From: Ionaspis alba
Taxonomy: Eukaryota
Assembly: GCA_964255285.1 (NCBI GenBank)
Contig: CAXUUL010000028.1
Span: 1-58,993 of the forward strand
Length of the DNA: 58,993 nt
Direction: 5' to 3'
Shown here: positions 15,393-28,249 of the stretch, piece by piece
How the letters are laid out: each line of letters starts with the position of its first letter
Position numbering within the stretch: position 1 is the first letter of the stretch
The notes under the pieces: model-generated
Told to the model about the DNA's origin: nothing
What the model saw: only the letters and a program-made list of their open reading frames with translations
Database searches by the model: none
Position numbers and translations under genes: made by a program

Positions 15393-16733
15393 CTACCGCC
15401 GTATACTTTGAAGGCTAGCAGACTTGACAATTCTTCCAACATTTCCCGCACCCTCCAACGCGTCAATGAGCTCCGAAAGCAGGTCGAGAACCCAGGCATC
15501 GTTCCCAATGCTCGATGACTCGAAGCGCAAACATTCGATCCATGGGTTCTTCAGTAGCAAGGCTGCCACGCTCCTGAACAACTCTTCAATCACGGCTTTG
15601 TCCCCTGGCTTCTCTGATGATGAACTCTCTGGTAGCGAGATCGCCAGTCTTCTGATTGACGAAAGCTTCTGCAAACCGATATTTCCGGGAACTTGTCTTG
15701 GAGGGGAGCCTGCCCAGCCCTCAAGATTCCACCTGCAGAATCGCCACTGCGGCCCAAAGTAGTAGTATTGATTACTGAGATTGAGGCGGAACGTACCGTG
15801 GCGGCAGAAAGATGAGATAGCCTCCTGGTGAATCGTCTTACTAACCGAGAACAACGAGAGGTTCTCGGGGGTGTGCACCCCAAAGGTACGTTTGATCAGA
15901 AAATCCTCGTCTGGAAAGACGTATGGATAGATCTGCTCGCGGACCTCGGGGGGAAGACGCAAGAATGAGTTCTTCCAATAGGCATCTTCAAGCCGAGTTT
16001 TCAGCTCTTTAGCGAAGGACGAAGAGAACTTGCCAGAGATGGTCACCGCGCGGGTGTTTTTGAGCTCCAGGAAAGGCGCGCAGATAATCTCATCCACCCC
16101 TATAATTCCACCGCCGTCCCTCAGCTCGATATGCAGCATCTGGATCTCACGCAGCTCTCTTAGCGCTTGACACAAAAATCGCACCTGGTCCCTTAGCCCC
16201 TCTACCAGCCCATGGCCTCCACAATTGTACTTCAGCATGCCCGTATAGCTGTCCACGTGGTGGACACGGATCTGAAAGCGCCGCATCAGGGCTACATTGC
16301 GGGATGCCAGCTGTTCAGGAAACGCCATGGTACGTTTGGGCACGAGGCCACTTGGGAGAAGCCATTGGTAAGCAAAAGTAGAGCAATCGTAGATGGTGTC
16401 AATGACAAAGGCGTTGGTGCCGTAGATGAGAGATGTGCCTTCGTTGTGGAGCTGTTTACATGCGGCTAGAACGGCTGTGGTGCCACGGAGCCAGCTGATA
16501 CCCTTAGGACTGTGGGCTGTGTGGGGAAGGATAAGAGAGAGGATGATCTCGCGAAGTTCGAGAGGAAGCTGGAGAAGATAGCATCTTGGTGACAGGCTGG
16601 AGGTGTCTTGAGCCTCTTCCTCCGCGAAAAGCACCGTGGAGGCTACCTCTTCTCGAGAGGTCTGCTTTTCTGAAGACAACTGCACCGACTGGAGCAGACG
16701 CCTGTCATAACCATATACTGATATTGATTCCAT
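15393..16733 (-). CDS. Protein with two F-box-like modules
   Basis: 446-aa ORF with YLLQLPLELREIILSLIL and SFLRLPPEVREQIYPYVF, each followed by an L..(C/S)K..H.E motif. Confidence 0.7.
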   Translation of the reverse strand: MESISVYGYDRRLLQSVQLSSEKQTSREEVASTVLFAEEEAQDTSSLSPRCYLLQLPLELREIILSLILPHTAHSPKGISWLRGTTAVLAACKQLHNEGTSLIYGTNAFVIDTIYDCSTFAYQWLLPSGLVPKRTMAFPEQLASRNVALMRRFQIRVHHVDSYTGMLKYNCGGHGLVEGLRDQVRFLCQALRELREIQMLHIELRDGGGIIGVDEIICAPFLELKNTRAVTISGKFSSSFAKELKTRLEDAYWKNSFLRLPPEVREQIYPYVFPDEDFLIKRTFGVHTPENLSLFSVSKTIHQEAISSFCRHGTFRLNLSNQYYYFGPQWRFCRWNLEGWAGSPPRQVPGNIGLQKLSSIRRLAISLPESSSSEKPGDKAVIEELFRSVAALLLKNPWIECLRFESSSIGNDAWVLDLLSELIDALEGAGNVGRIVKSASLQSIRR

Positions 16734-17330
16734 GACTGTTATACATAGAATATTCTGATACTGTAAGAGGGTTCTTGTGAATGTTGGAAATGGTTACACA
16801 TTCACTCGGAACCTGAGCTATTGGCTGGTCTCGCTACAAGCTTCGTTGGATTGCACTGGAATACTTGGTGCCCAAACTCCAAAGTTACTAAAAGCTCGGT
16901 TCGCCATGAGCCGTAGGATTTGACTCGTTCTATGGACGGGCGATCAGTCATTGCCTTCAACATTAGATACATCCTCATGGCAATAGTGAATTTACTAGGG
17001 CAAACACAAATGCAAGTTCAGACTCCTCGGTTTCAATAACATATCGCCCTCCCGCGCAATCGTAGCTACCCAGAACTTTTGGTATGCCAAGATTCGAGTC
17101 GATATTATCTTTCGAGAGGACTATTCGAATCGTAGTCTCAGACCAGAAGCTCCCAAGGCGTGTTTGAGACCATCAGATCGCAAAATATCTTCCAAATACA
17201 TCTTGCTCAATGGACAATTAAATAGATCCTGTCCCTAAGACGCGTCCATGCCTATCGCCGTAATCCACACACCAAGTGTGACTCCGGAGTCCTAGGCGTC
17301 AGTATTGCCAGCCACATCGTGTTAAACAGC

Positions 17331-19068
17331 TCAAGCTTTCCAGGACGGAGCAGGAGGAGGCGGGTAGCTGCTATATTGATTACCAGACTGGCCTTGCGCT
17401 CCGTGCTGCTGCTGCGATGGTGGCTGGCCATATCCTTGATTGCCCGACTGACCATAGCTCTGGTTTCCCGACTGTCCGTAACTCTGCCCGCTTAGCTGCC
17501 CATAACCCGGAGCGTTCTGCTGTCCATACCCTTGACCACCAGGCTGTCCGTGACCCTGATTTGGTGCTTGTCCGTAGCTTGGAGTGCTGGATTGGCCATA
17601 GCCTTGGCCGGGTATTTGACCATAGGTTTGTTGACCGGGATAGCCTCCACTGCTAGAATAAGGGGCTCCTGAAGAGCCATGCTGATTTGAAGGTGTGTTT
17701 GATGACGGGTTTGATCCATACACTTCGTATGGACCTTGTTGACCAGGTGCTGAATACGATGGAGTTTGTTGAGGGGGTGGTGGTGGATATTGGTGATGTT
17801 GTCCTTGCTGTCCTTGACCAGGAAACTGGTTGTAATTAGACGATTGATGCTGTGATTGTTGAGGTCCACTCTGCTGGCCGTATGCGGGAGTCGAAGGATT
17901 CGTGCCACTGTACTGACTGGACGGAGGACTAGCATATGGCTGACTTGGCTGGCCGTAGGTATTGACTGGAGCATGTTGGCTAGGGGCACCATAGGGAGAC
18001 GACGTCGGCGTGCTCGCATATGTCGACTGATGCTGTGATTGTGGATATTGTCCACCGGTTGCGGACTGCTGATTGGTGCCTTGCTGTCCTGAAGGATTAT
18101 AGGTCGCAGATGGGGTATTTCCTGTAGGGTTATAGGTAGCTGATGGTGCGGAGCCTGTATAGCCACCGCTGCTGCTTGAATGACCGCCAGAAGAGTATCC
18201 AAAATTGTTGTTCTGATTCTGTAGAAGACGTTGATATCTAGGCTAGAAACATGGGACTTGGAAGCGGAATGATTGTCTTACCGAAGAGCCATGTCCACCT
18301 AGAAATCCCGATGCCATTCCCATAAGACCACCCTGCTGATGGCTGCCCGAGGAAGAGCCTCCATGCCCACCAGACCCACTAGACCCACCAAAAGATTGAT
18401 TTGATTGTGGCTTGCCACCTCCCAAGAGGCTTCCAACCAACTTTCCAGTCAGGCCTCCACTTCCGCTGTTGTGTCCACCGCTGCCGCCACCATGAGAGCT
18501 CTGGCCTCCTAAAAATGAGCTTGCCAGTCCGCCGAGTCCGGACTGCGGCTTGTTGTTGTGCTTCCCGCCTGTGATCGCATTCATTGCAAGATCCTGCCGC
18601 GTTTATTAGCCTATAAGTGGTCCCAGCGAGTCAATCGTGGTTGTACCCCCAACAGACTCCTGTCCTTAATCTCATTGCCACCGTTGTCATCGAGCGCACG
18701 GGTTTCGGAGGGTTTCTGGAAAGGATCGGATTGCTGAGGCGTTGGTTCTGGCGTTGGCACGGAAAGTGCGGGCTCTGTAGGAACGTCCCTATACTGTTGT
18801 TCGATATAGGTTCATATGCAGAACATGGTGAACCCACCACTGTGAGTGTCCTGGATTTTAAGTCAGCTGACAGTCCTCCAAGATCTCATGATTTCTGTTT
18901 TACCTGTAGCTCTTTGCACAAAGTAATACTTTTTAGCGGATGCATCCCTAGAACCCACTTCAGCACTACTCGTGAGAAGCAGTGAAATGGCTCTGACCAC
19001 TGGCTGAGCCATCCGTCGGGCACGGAAGGCGGCGCGTGACTGGGGCCTGCTTCATTCGAATTGTCCAT
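17331..19068 (-). CDS. WW-domain protein with Gly/Gln/Ser/Tyr-rich low-complexity C-terminus
   Basis: Splicing 19068-18998, 18947-18904, 18850-18838 and from 18788 gives the WW domain VPDGWLSQWDASAKKYYFVQRATGHSQWDVP. Later exons are Gly-rich and YGQ-repeat, ending PPPPAPSWKA*. Confidence 0.8.
17418..17633 (-). repeat. Coding tandem repeat: about 9 x 24-nt units encoding (Y/H)GQ octapeptides
   Basis: QQTYGQIP GQGYGQSS TPSYGQAP NQGHGQPG GQGYGQQN APGYGQLS GQSYGQSG NQSYGQSG NQGYGQPP. Confidence 0.85.
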
Positions 19069-19824
19069 TTTGGAGACCGACTTCTGGATGCCAGAAATAG
19101 TTGGGCGAGAACTTGGTATGAGCGACCTTTTGTGATTATGTTTGATACCTGCGATGTTGGCAGTTTTTAGTGGAAAAGGGATGCGGGCTTATTCGGCACA
19201 GAGATGTAAAGGAGTGCATGAATCGAATGAAGCTGAAAGTCACAAGCCTCTTGGCTACAGCCGGCATGCAAAACCCTAGGTTAACGATCAGAAAGAGCTT
19301 GGCTTCTCCCGTTATGTGCGCCAGGATATCCATGCATGACAACATGCATGCCTCGTTTTATGATGAGCGCTCTCTTGTGACAGCTCATTGATGACTGTGT
19401 TTCAAGATCTGGAGTAGATGGGTTCAAGTATGTACTGAAGCGAATTGCACACAGACGGCCCCCAACCATCTTCATTGTTTAGATATACGTGATCTTTGGT
19501 TGAAAAAGGGATATTCTAAAATCCGGTAGATGTAGTATAGTACAGCACACTGAGACCATCCTATTCATCATACTAGTCTTTATGCGTAGTTGTCTCTGGA
19601 CAACCAACACGTATTGACCATATGTCTGGTTACGCCACACTTGTTGCTGCGCCTCATTACGCAGGAGACCTTCGTCATCAGATAAGGTTGCCCCGTCCCA
19701 AACGATACTCCCCTCTTGTTATGTATTCTTTTTCTTAATACCCGAATCCTCTCTTGAGACATCCTCTTCCCATCCTAAATTCAACATCGACAGTGAGAAT
19801 CATTATATCACAAAACAGCCCAAT

Positions 19825-20815
19825 ATGGATGCCCCGCCTCCAGGGCCTCCACCACCTCGAGGTAAGATACGACTTCACTCCTCGAGAAGCGTATTACTAA
19901 AATCTTTACATTAGTACCTGAGGGATGGAAAGCAGTTTGGAATGAGCAATATTCAGAATGGTAATCACCTGCTCGCCACAAAATCTAGCTTTCCGTATCA
20001 TTTAACACCGCAAACGTAGGTTCTATGTCAACACCTACACCAAAGCTTCCACATGGGAGAAACCTACAGCTCCAGCTGTTAATCCAAGTGGTGACGGTGC
20101 ACCACCCGGTCCTCCACCATCATACGCTGGCAATGGGCCTGTGACATCAAGTGAGAAACTCAACCCGAACAATCCCTACAATGCGACTGGCGGCACGAGC
20201 CCGCACACAGGCCATGTCGAATCAGATGCCGAGTTAGCAGCTAGGCTACAGCAAGAAGAAGACGCCAGAGTCAGTGGAGCGGCAGGTACCAGGGGCTCTG
20301 GACAAGACTACTATTCGCAGAGCCAACAAGCACCCATTGGAAGCACAAGCTACGATCAACCACTGCCACCACGCGACCAAGGGAAGAGCAAAGGACTGGT
20401 GGGAAAGCTCTTTGGCAAGCTCGGGAGCTCGAGTTCCGGACATGGAGGACAAGGCTACCCTCAGCACGGATATGGCCAACAAAGTTACGGGCAACCACAA
20501 ATGGGTTACGGGCAACCAGGCTATGGACAGCCGGGATACGGAGGCTATCCGCCTCAGCAAGGGTTTAGCCCGATGGGCGGGTATGGCGGTGGATACGGCG
20601 GTGGATACGGAGGCGGGTATGGTCAACCACCGCGAAGGGGAGGGGGTGGAATGGGTGCAGCGGGTGGAGCTGCGCTTGGATTAGGTGGGGGTTTGATTGG
20701 CGGAGCGCTGTTGATGGATGCGATGGATGATCATGATAACGAGGGGTATGGTAGTGATGGTAATGGAGGCGGAGGCGGAGGGGATGATGGTGGAGGAGGA
20801 GGAGGAGACTTCTGA
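19825..20815 (+). CDS. Wwm1-like WW-domain, Gly-rich protein
   Basis: MDAPPPGPPPPR|VPEGWKAVWNEQYSEW|FYVNTYTKASTWEKP, DAELAARLQQEE, YGQP repeats, GAALGLGGGLIGGALL, acidic Gly tail ending GGDF. Confidence 0.85.
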
Positions 20816-21058
20816 AAGATGGCAGGAGACTGATTGGGGATGCTGCATGCTGTGTACGATACTCCCAAGAATTGCGTGCTTAATGAAGTGCAAACATTTT
20901 AATCCCTTTAAAAGATCAAAGCAAGAGGTGCCTATAATAGAACAATATGAAGGTCTAGAAACAGATATGTAAATTTAGCCTAAGAATTACAACACAAGGC
21001 TTCCTTCGGACAAAAACTCCACAAGGCCCCTCCGTGTATTTCACCATAAGAAAAAACC

Positions 21059-22114
21059 TTACACCACCACCCCCATCTCCTCCACCCGAATCGCCTCCTT
21101 CACATCCGCAATATCCTCTCCTCGTTCACACACGACCCATTCCAAAGTCTGCCCAAAAGTCTCCCCATTATTCTCAAACCATTCCCCCAGCCCCTTGACA
21201 TACGTTTCCACCATGCCCTTCAACGGCGCATTTTCCTTCAACCACATGATCTGCCCAGGATCCAATTTCAGCATATCCTCCACCACATAATAATGCGGGA
21301 TATCGTCTCCCCATCCTTCCGCCCCTGGCTCATGGAAAGGCGTCGATGCATACTTGAGTCCATTCGCAGCACGCGCACTAGCAGGAAGGAATTTTGGCGA
21401 CGATGTAACCTGATGTTCGCTGTGGAAATGCGCCTGGAAAGACGACACTGGCGGCGGATAGTTGAGATGGATGTTGAACACCAGCTGCTGCTCTGCATCA
21501 GGGAATCGTTTGCGGAACTTCCGTGCGATGGTGCCATTGCTGGGGCAGACATGTGTCTGTAGCACGTCGCGGATTACCTGGCGCACATCCTCGATCTCGG
21601 CCAGCTCCGCCGTGCTCCAATTGTGTAGCAACTCTGCACGCTCGAGCACATTGTGTCGGTGCGTGCGGGTCGTGCGAGGGTAGCGGGCATTGTGGAAGGC
21701 GCGGTTGTAGAGCCAGAGGCGGTAGAGAGCTCGCCGGAGACGGAATCGCTCGCGGTTCGTGAGGAGACGTCGGTCTTCGAAGTTGCATTTCCATTTTTTG
21801 GACGGATATAGGGCTTCCCATTTTTGGGCCGCGGTGCCGATGGAAATGAGCTGCTTGAGCAGGGCGAAGGAGAGCGGAACGGTGCGTGCTAGGTGAGCAG
21901 GTTGACTAGCGTTGTGAGTGAGGACTTGAATGACGTCTTGGAGGGGCCCGAATTGGGTTTCGGCGGCTTGGTAGAGGATGGGGAGTTTCTGGGAGGCGGA
22001 AAAGACTTCGTGGAAATGGCGGCAGGTAGAGGCGAGATTTAGGGCGTCGGGAATTGAACTGCAGTATCGAAAGATGTGCAGGACAAGTTCGTTGGCTAGG
22101 TGTTCAAAATGCAT
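21059..22114 (-). CDS. F-box domain protein
   Basis: N-terminal FEHLANELVLHIFRYCSSIPDALNLASTCRHFHEV; 351-aa intronless ORF. Confidence 0.82.
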   Translation of the reverse strand: MHFEHLANELVLHIFRYCSSIPDALNLASTCRHFHEVFSASQKLPILYQAAETQFGPLQDVIQVLTHNASQPAHLARTVPLSFALLKQLISIGTAAQKWEALYPSKKWKCNFEDRRLLTNRERFRLRRALYRLWLYNRAFHNARYPRTTRTHRHNVLERAELLHNWSTAELAEIEDVRQVIRDVLQTHVCPSNGTIARKFRKRFPDAEQQLVFNIHLNYPPPVSSFQAHFHSEHQVTSSPKFLPASARAANGLKYASTPFHEPGAEGWGDDIPHYYVVEDMLKLDPGQIMWLKENAPLKGMVETYVKGLGEWFENNGETFGQTLEWVVCERGEDIADVKEAIRVEEMGVVV

Positions 22115-22837
22115 GGTGAAGGAAAGGAAAGTTTGACAATTTGGAAAGTCTTGCTTGTCGTCTTCTGGTTTTGATGGTTTCTGGGGATATTTTTGTCTAA
22201 TAATCCGTCTTGTTTGAATGTTCGAGCTCTTCTTGTCTTATTTGTCAATCTTCGACGAGATACCCTTTTGCTGTCTGTCTCAGGTACCACCGACGAATGG
22301 AAAGTAGGAGGTGATCAACTCGCGTCGACCCCTCCATGGGGGCTATGATAGTGATGGGAGAAGCCCCGAGATCCATCGTGAGATGATCTCCGAGATGAGG
22401 ATGTATGCGAAGGAAAGCCGGATGGCCGAGTCTTGCTTAGTCGCTCCATGATTACTGCCAACGTTGAAAGATGATTTTCGTAGAATTTATTGCTCACCGC
22501 CGACCACGCTAGTCTCAGTGGAGACGGACAACGCCAAGATTTTACCCCTGAGCTCCTGTTAAGCAAACGATGCATGAGCATAGACCATGAGGCTAGTTGC
22601 TGAGCCATTCTATGGTAGAATTTATTTCCGTTCCATAGAGGTAGTGTAGATACAGTTCATCGGTCCTGAACCGAAATGAATATGAATGCTCCTCAGTGTA
22701 AAAAAAGAAGACATCAACCGAAAAAGCCTAGCAATGTGCAAGGGCAAGCATGACCAGGGAGGGTATCTTCAATGTACAATCGCTCGAAGGCCACGCTTCT
22801 ATACCCTGCAAGTCGCTGAAATCACTACAGATACCAT

Positions 22838-25800
22838 TCAGTCCCATTGCTCCGTCCTAGCCTTTCTCTTGTGTCTCTTCTCGTTCCCCGAGTCGTCGCT
22901 ATGCCTCCTCGTTCTCTTCAAGGCGTCCTTCTTTTTCGTAAGTATAGATTTTTTCGGAACGGGTTCTTGGGAATGTCGCTCTTCCGCAGGATCAATTCCA
23001 AGCACAGAGGACACAGAGTCCGCGACCGAGGTCGAGTTTGTGATGTCATTGCCTTCTTCGGTAGTTCTATTGGGCTCAACCAGGAAGGCCAAATCGTTAT
23101 CCACCCGCGCCACTTTGCCGTGTAAATCTGCAAGCTCCCTCGTGTTCGTATCCTGATTATCGAACATCCACTTTCGTAGTGAAGCTATCTCGGATTTTTG
23201 CTTGGAGAATTCTGTCTTCCCCTCTTCTATCACTTCTCGGAGTTCGCTGAGATTTTGAGTAAGATCGCCTATTTGTTTACCATAATCGCCAAGTTCTTCT
23301 TTCAGCTCTTCGGTCACTCCCTTAGCCAGCCTGAGCTTGTTGGAAAGCTCCAGAAAGAGGAGGTTGACACGCTTCTCCAGAAGATCTATTTGCTTAGCAT
23401 TTTCTGCTTCCGCACTCTTAGATTGCTCCGATGTCATTAATGCGTCCTGTTGAATGGTTCTGGTACGATTTTCGAGGCTGGCTAGACGGCTGGACAGAGT
23501 TGAATAGGCTTGCAACGAGGCGGCATAATTCTCTTTCAGCAACGAAAGATCTCGCAGGGCGTCAGCGGGATATGGATACATTTTTTTCATTTGATGGATC
23601 ATGTTTTGAGCGAGAGTCTCCGTGTAGATATTATTGTAGCGCTGCTCGAGGCTGATTGTCAGTGTTTCAAGCGCAGTGAACCTTTGCTGAAGGTCTTGGA
23701 TTGCTGCACCAGTCATGACATCGACCCGCTGTACGCCATTGTCCTGCTGCAGTGAATGTGAAAATTCTGCTTGGTCGCTGTTTGACGTCCGCAGATTTGT
23801 TGACGAACTGAGCCTGGCTATCTCGTCTTGCAAATTGCGCAAGTCTGATCGTATAAGCTCCATTGAAACCTCAAACTTGTTGGACGAGATATCGAAATTA
23901 GTCTCCAATTTCGAGCACGCCTCTTGCAGTGCCTCTACGTCTTTGCCCACAATCTCATCCTTGATGTCTTGATCCTTCCTCAACTCCTCAATACCTCCCT
24001 CTACAATAATGAAGCGTTTATCGAATTTTGCCCTCCATTCATCCGTCGCAACGCGGGATGAGCCGGCGCGCTGGGAGAATTCAAGTGATTTAATGCGGGT
24101 ATTGAGACCTGTAGTTTGATTGCTCAGGGCGTCGTCTAAGCCCAATAAACTCTTCTTAATCCCATCTATTCGCTGTTCTTGGCTTTCCAGGAGGTCGAAA
24201 AGGCCGGGATTGTCTGCTCCGGAACCCACAACCTCTACTTTGAGACTGTGCAGTGAGTCATTTGTTTTCTTGCTGGCTTCCTGGAGCTTTTCCACATCTC
24301 CTTGAAGTGTGGAAACAGGGGTAACCCTGTCGTACAGATCCGCCTGACCTGTCGTTACGGAGACAATTTGTTCCTGTAAGATGGACACGTCTTTCTTCAG
24401 ATCCTCAAGCTGAGCGCCACTTGTGGAGGTCGTTTCCTTCTCCACGGAGGAGCGGGAGCCGTATCGCTCAATTGTAGAAACTCGAGAGTCGAGTCTTGCA
24501 ATCGAAGACTGATGTGCCCTGCTCTGGCCTGCATCCTTCTTCAAAGATACTATATTGTCGTTGAAAGACCCCATTGTGGTCTGAATCTCTGCCAGGTTCT
24601 GACTGAGATGAGATTGACCTTGTTCAAGGCTTTCAAGACGCATGTGGTCATGCTTTGGAAAGGTGTTCAAAGAGTCCTTGACGTTGTTCACCCCCCTACG
24701 CAGATCTTTGACATCCATCTCCAAGGTCTTGATTCTGTTGCTGTCTTCGTCCGCTTTTTGTATGGGAAGGCCACCGCAAATTCTCGCTATTGTCTTTGCC
24801 ATATGCTGCAAAGCCTGATCCCTAGCATCTTCGTGCTTTTTGACTCTCTCATTCTGTCGCTCAACATCGTTTTTCATCCGCTTCATTTCCTTGTCTTGCT
24901 GCTGGGCAAGCGACGTAAAAGACTGGTGATGCACGGCCCATCGGTGGTAATCTTTTTCCTTTTCATCATGAATTGCTTTAACGGTGTCTCTAGAGACTGT
25001 CACAGAAGCCAGTCTGTTCACGGTCTGTGAGAATTGAAAGAGGGACTGCATTAAGCTTTTCTCTGTAGAGGATTCTTTGTTCTGGTCGTGAGCCCCTGGT
25101 GGAGGTGGTACAGTGAAATGCCCTGTGAGAGGCGTTCGAGGTATCGGAGTCTGCTCTCCAGCACTATTTAGCCCGGGACTAGCGACACCAGTATCCATCA
25201 CGGTGCTTTGTGGTGTAAGATTTCCAGAATAAGCGAGTGGTTGCGTGGTTTGGGTTTTATCGCTAGGCTTGGTTCCTTCTAGGATAGCTATAGAAGCAGA
25301 AATCGCTTGACCTAGTGGACTTAGACAATTCCTTTGTGGTCGGAAGATAGTCGAGTCTTACCATCAGTTGCAGGACCACCTGCAAGTTCGCTGAGATGTT
25401 CTTTCAACGTTGTCTCAACTCGTAGCTTCCCTAGATTTGCCTTCGACTGTGCAGTATCCAATGGTTCTGGATCAAGGTCCATTGGAACGGCGGGTTCATT
25501 ACCTACGAAATTTGCCCCGTGATCTTGTGCTGAAGTTGTCTGTCGTTCATGGTAGCTAGTTGATCTCCGAAAATCCTCAGGCTCGGAAGACCTCTTGTTT
25601 TTGGGTCCGCCGCGAGTTTCGGCATCTTGACTTCTTTGTGCACCACCAGGTCGAGGTGAACGTGCATCAAGGCCGTCCGATCGGGTGGTGCTGGTACGGG
25701 ACGTGTTTCCAGCGTACTGTTCTCTCAACTTAAAGTCCTCCGACTTCCACTGGTTGTGACGTCTTGGTGGGATGTGATTGTTCTCTCTGTCTAGTGGTGG

Positions 25801-26001
25801 TGGTGGATCAAACCAGTCACCAGCAGTAGGCCTCCGGGACGCAGAGAATTTTGGAGGCTTGTTGTCCATAGGTCGGTAGGAGTCGTAGCTCCCACGATGA
25901 TCATCTTTGGGCCCTTGATGGTCCTTCCAAGGGTTTTCTTGGGGTGATGGTTCGCTCCTGTCGTACGAACGGACCCACGTCCTCTCCTTATACGCCATCA
26001 T
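22838..26001 (-). CDS. Large coiled-coil protein with disordered N-terminus and basic C-terminal NLS-like region
   Basis: ORFs 25321-26082 and 22838-25201 join in frame through a GTAAGA..TAG intron ~25362-25312. Extensive heptad-type L/E/K/Q pattern; C-terminal KRHKRK. Confidence 0.7.
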
Positions 26002-26414
26002 GCCAGTAGCGTGAATTGACCTTGGCAGTGGTAGAATTTGAGATGAAGCAGCATTGCAAGAGAAGATTTCTGACCTCCGCACAAATGTAGGAGTGCTGAA
26101 TTGTGGCTAGACCTAGTGTTTACTGTTCAGTCTGTTCAGAAAGATTTGTAACACACGAAGTGAGACTTTCATGCTCACTTACCACTCGACCGAGACTACT
26201 GAATGCTCCCCAGGTTTTTAGCTTCGCACGGTTTGACTTGACTTTGTCAGCTGGTCGTTGGAAATCTGGTTGTCTTTGAGAAACTTGATCTCCAAAATCT
26301 GGAATTGCGGGGATCCGGAACTCGCGTACTTCGATATCAGTCCCTGCGTCTCCGAGACACGCGAAGTTCTCGCGCTTCACGAACTCTCCGGACGCCCACC
26401 GAATTTTTCTCGTC

Positions 26415-27922
<1,508 letters not shown>

Positions 27923-28249
27923 TGATACCACGGGAAATTCTCAAAAATACCTGGAGTTTAGGTTCGAGGTACCTCCATAGATCTATGTAGACCGGGTAAT
28001 TTTGCTGCTGCTCCAATATTTGTACAAGTCGAGGGATTCTTTGTAGCCACATTTATGGCGTTGTGCTCTCAAAAGTGTTTGCGGCATTTGAGAGCGAGGA
28101 TTGCTGTCCTACTCTTTACAAGCCACTTGCATACCACCACCCTTGACAAGCACCATGCCTGGTTGCACAATTCATTGAAGCTTCAAGAGTATTACGTCCC
28201 TACGCTTTGTGCGTATCTGCAAGGCGTGTCCAAAATATCAAGCTCGTGA

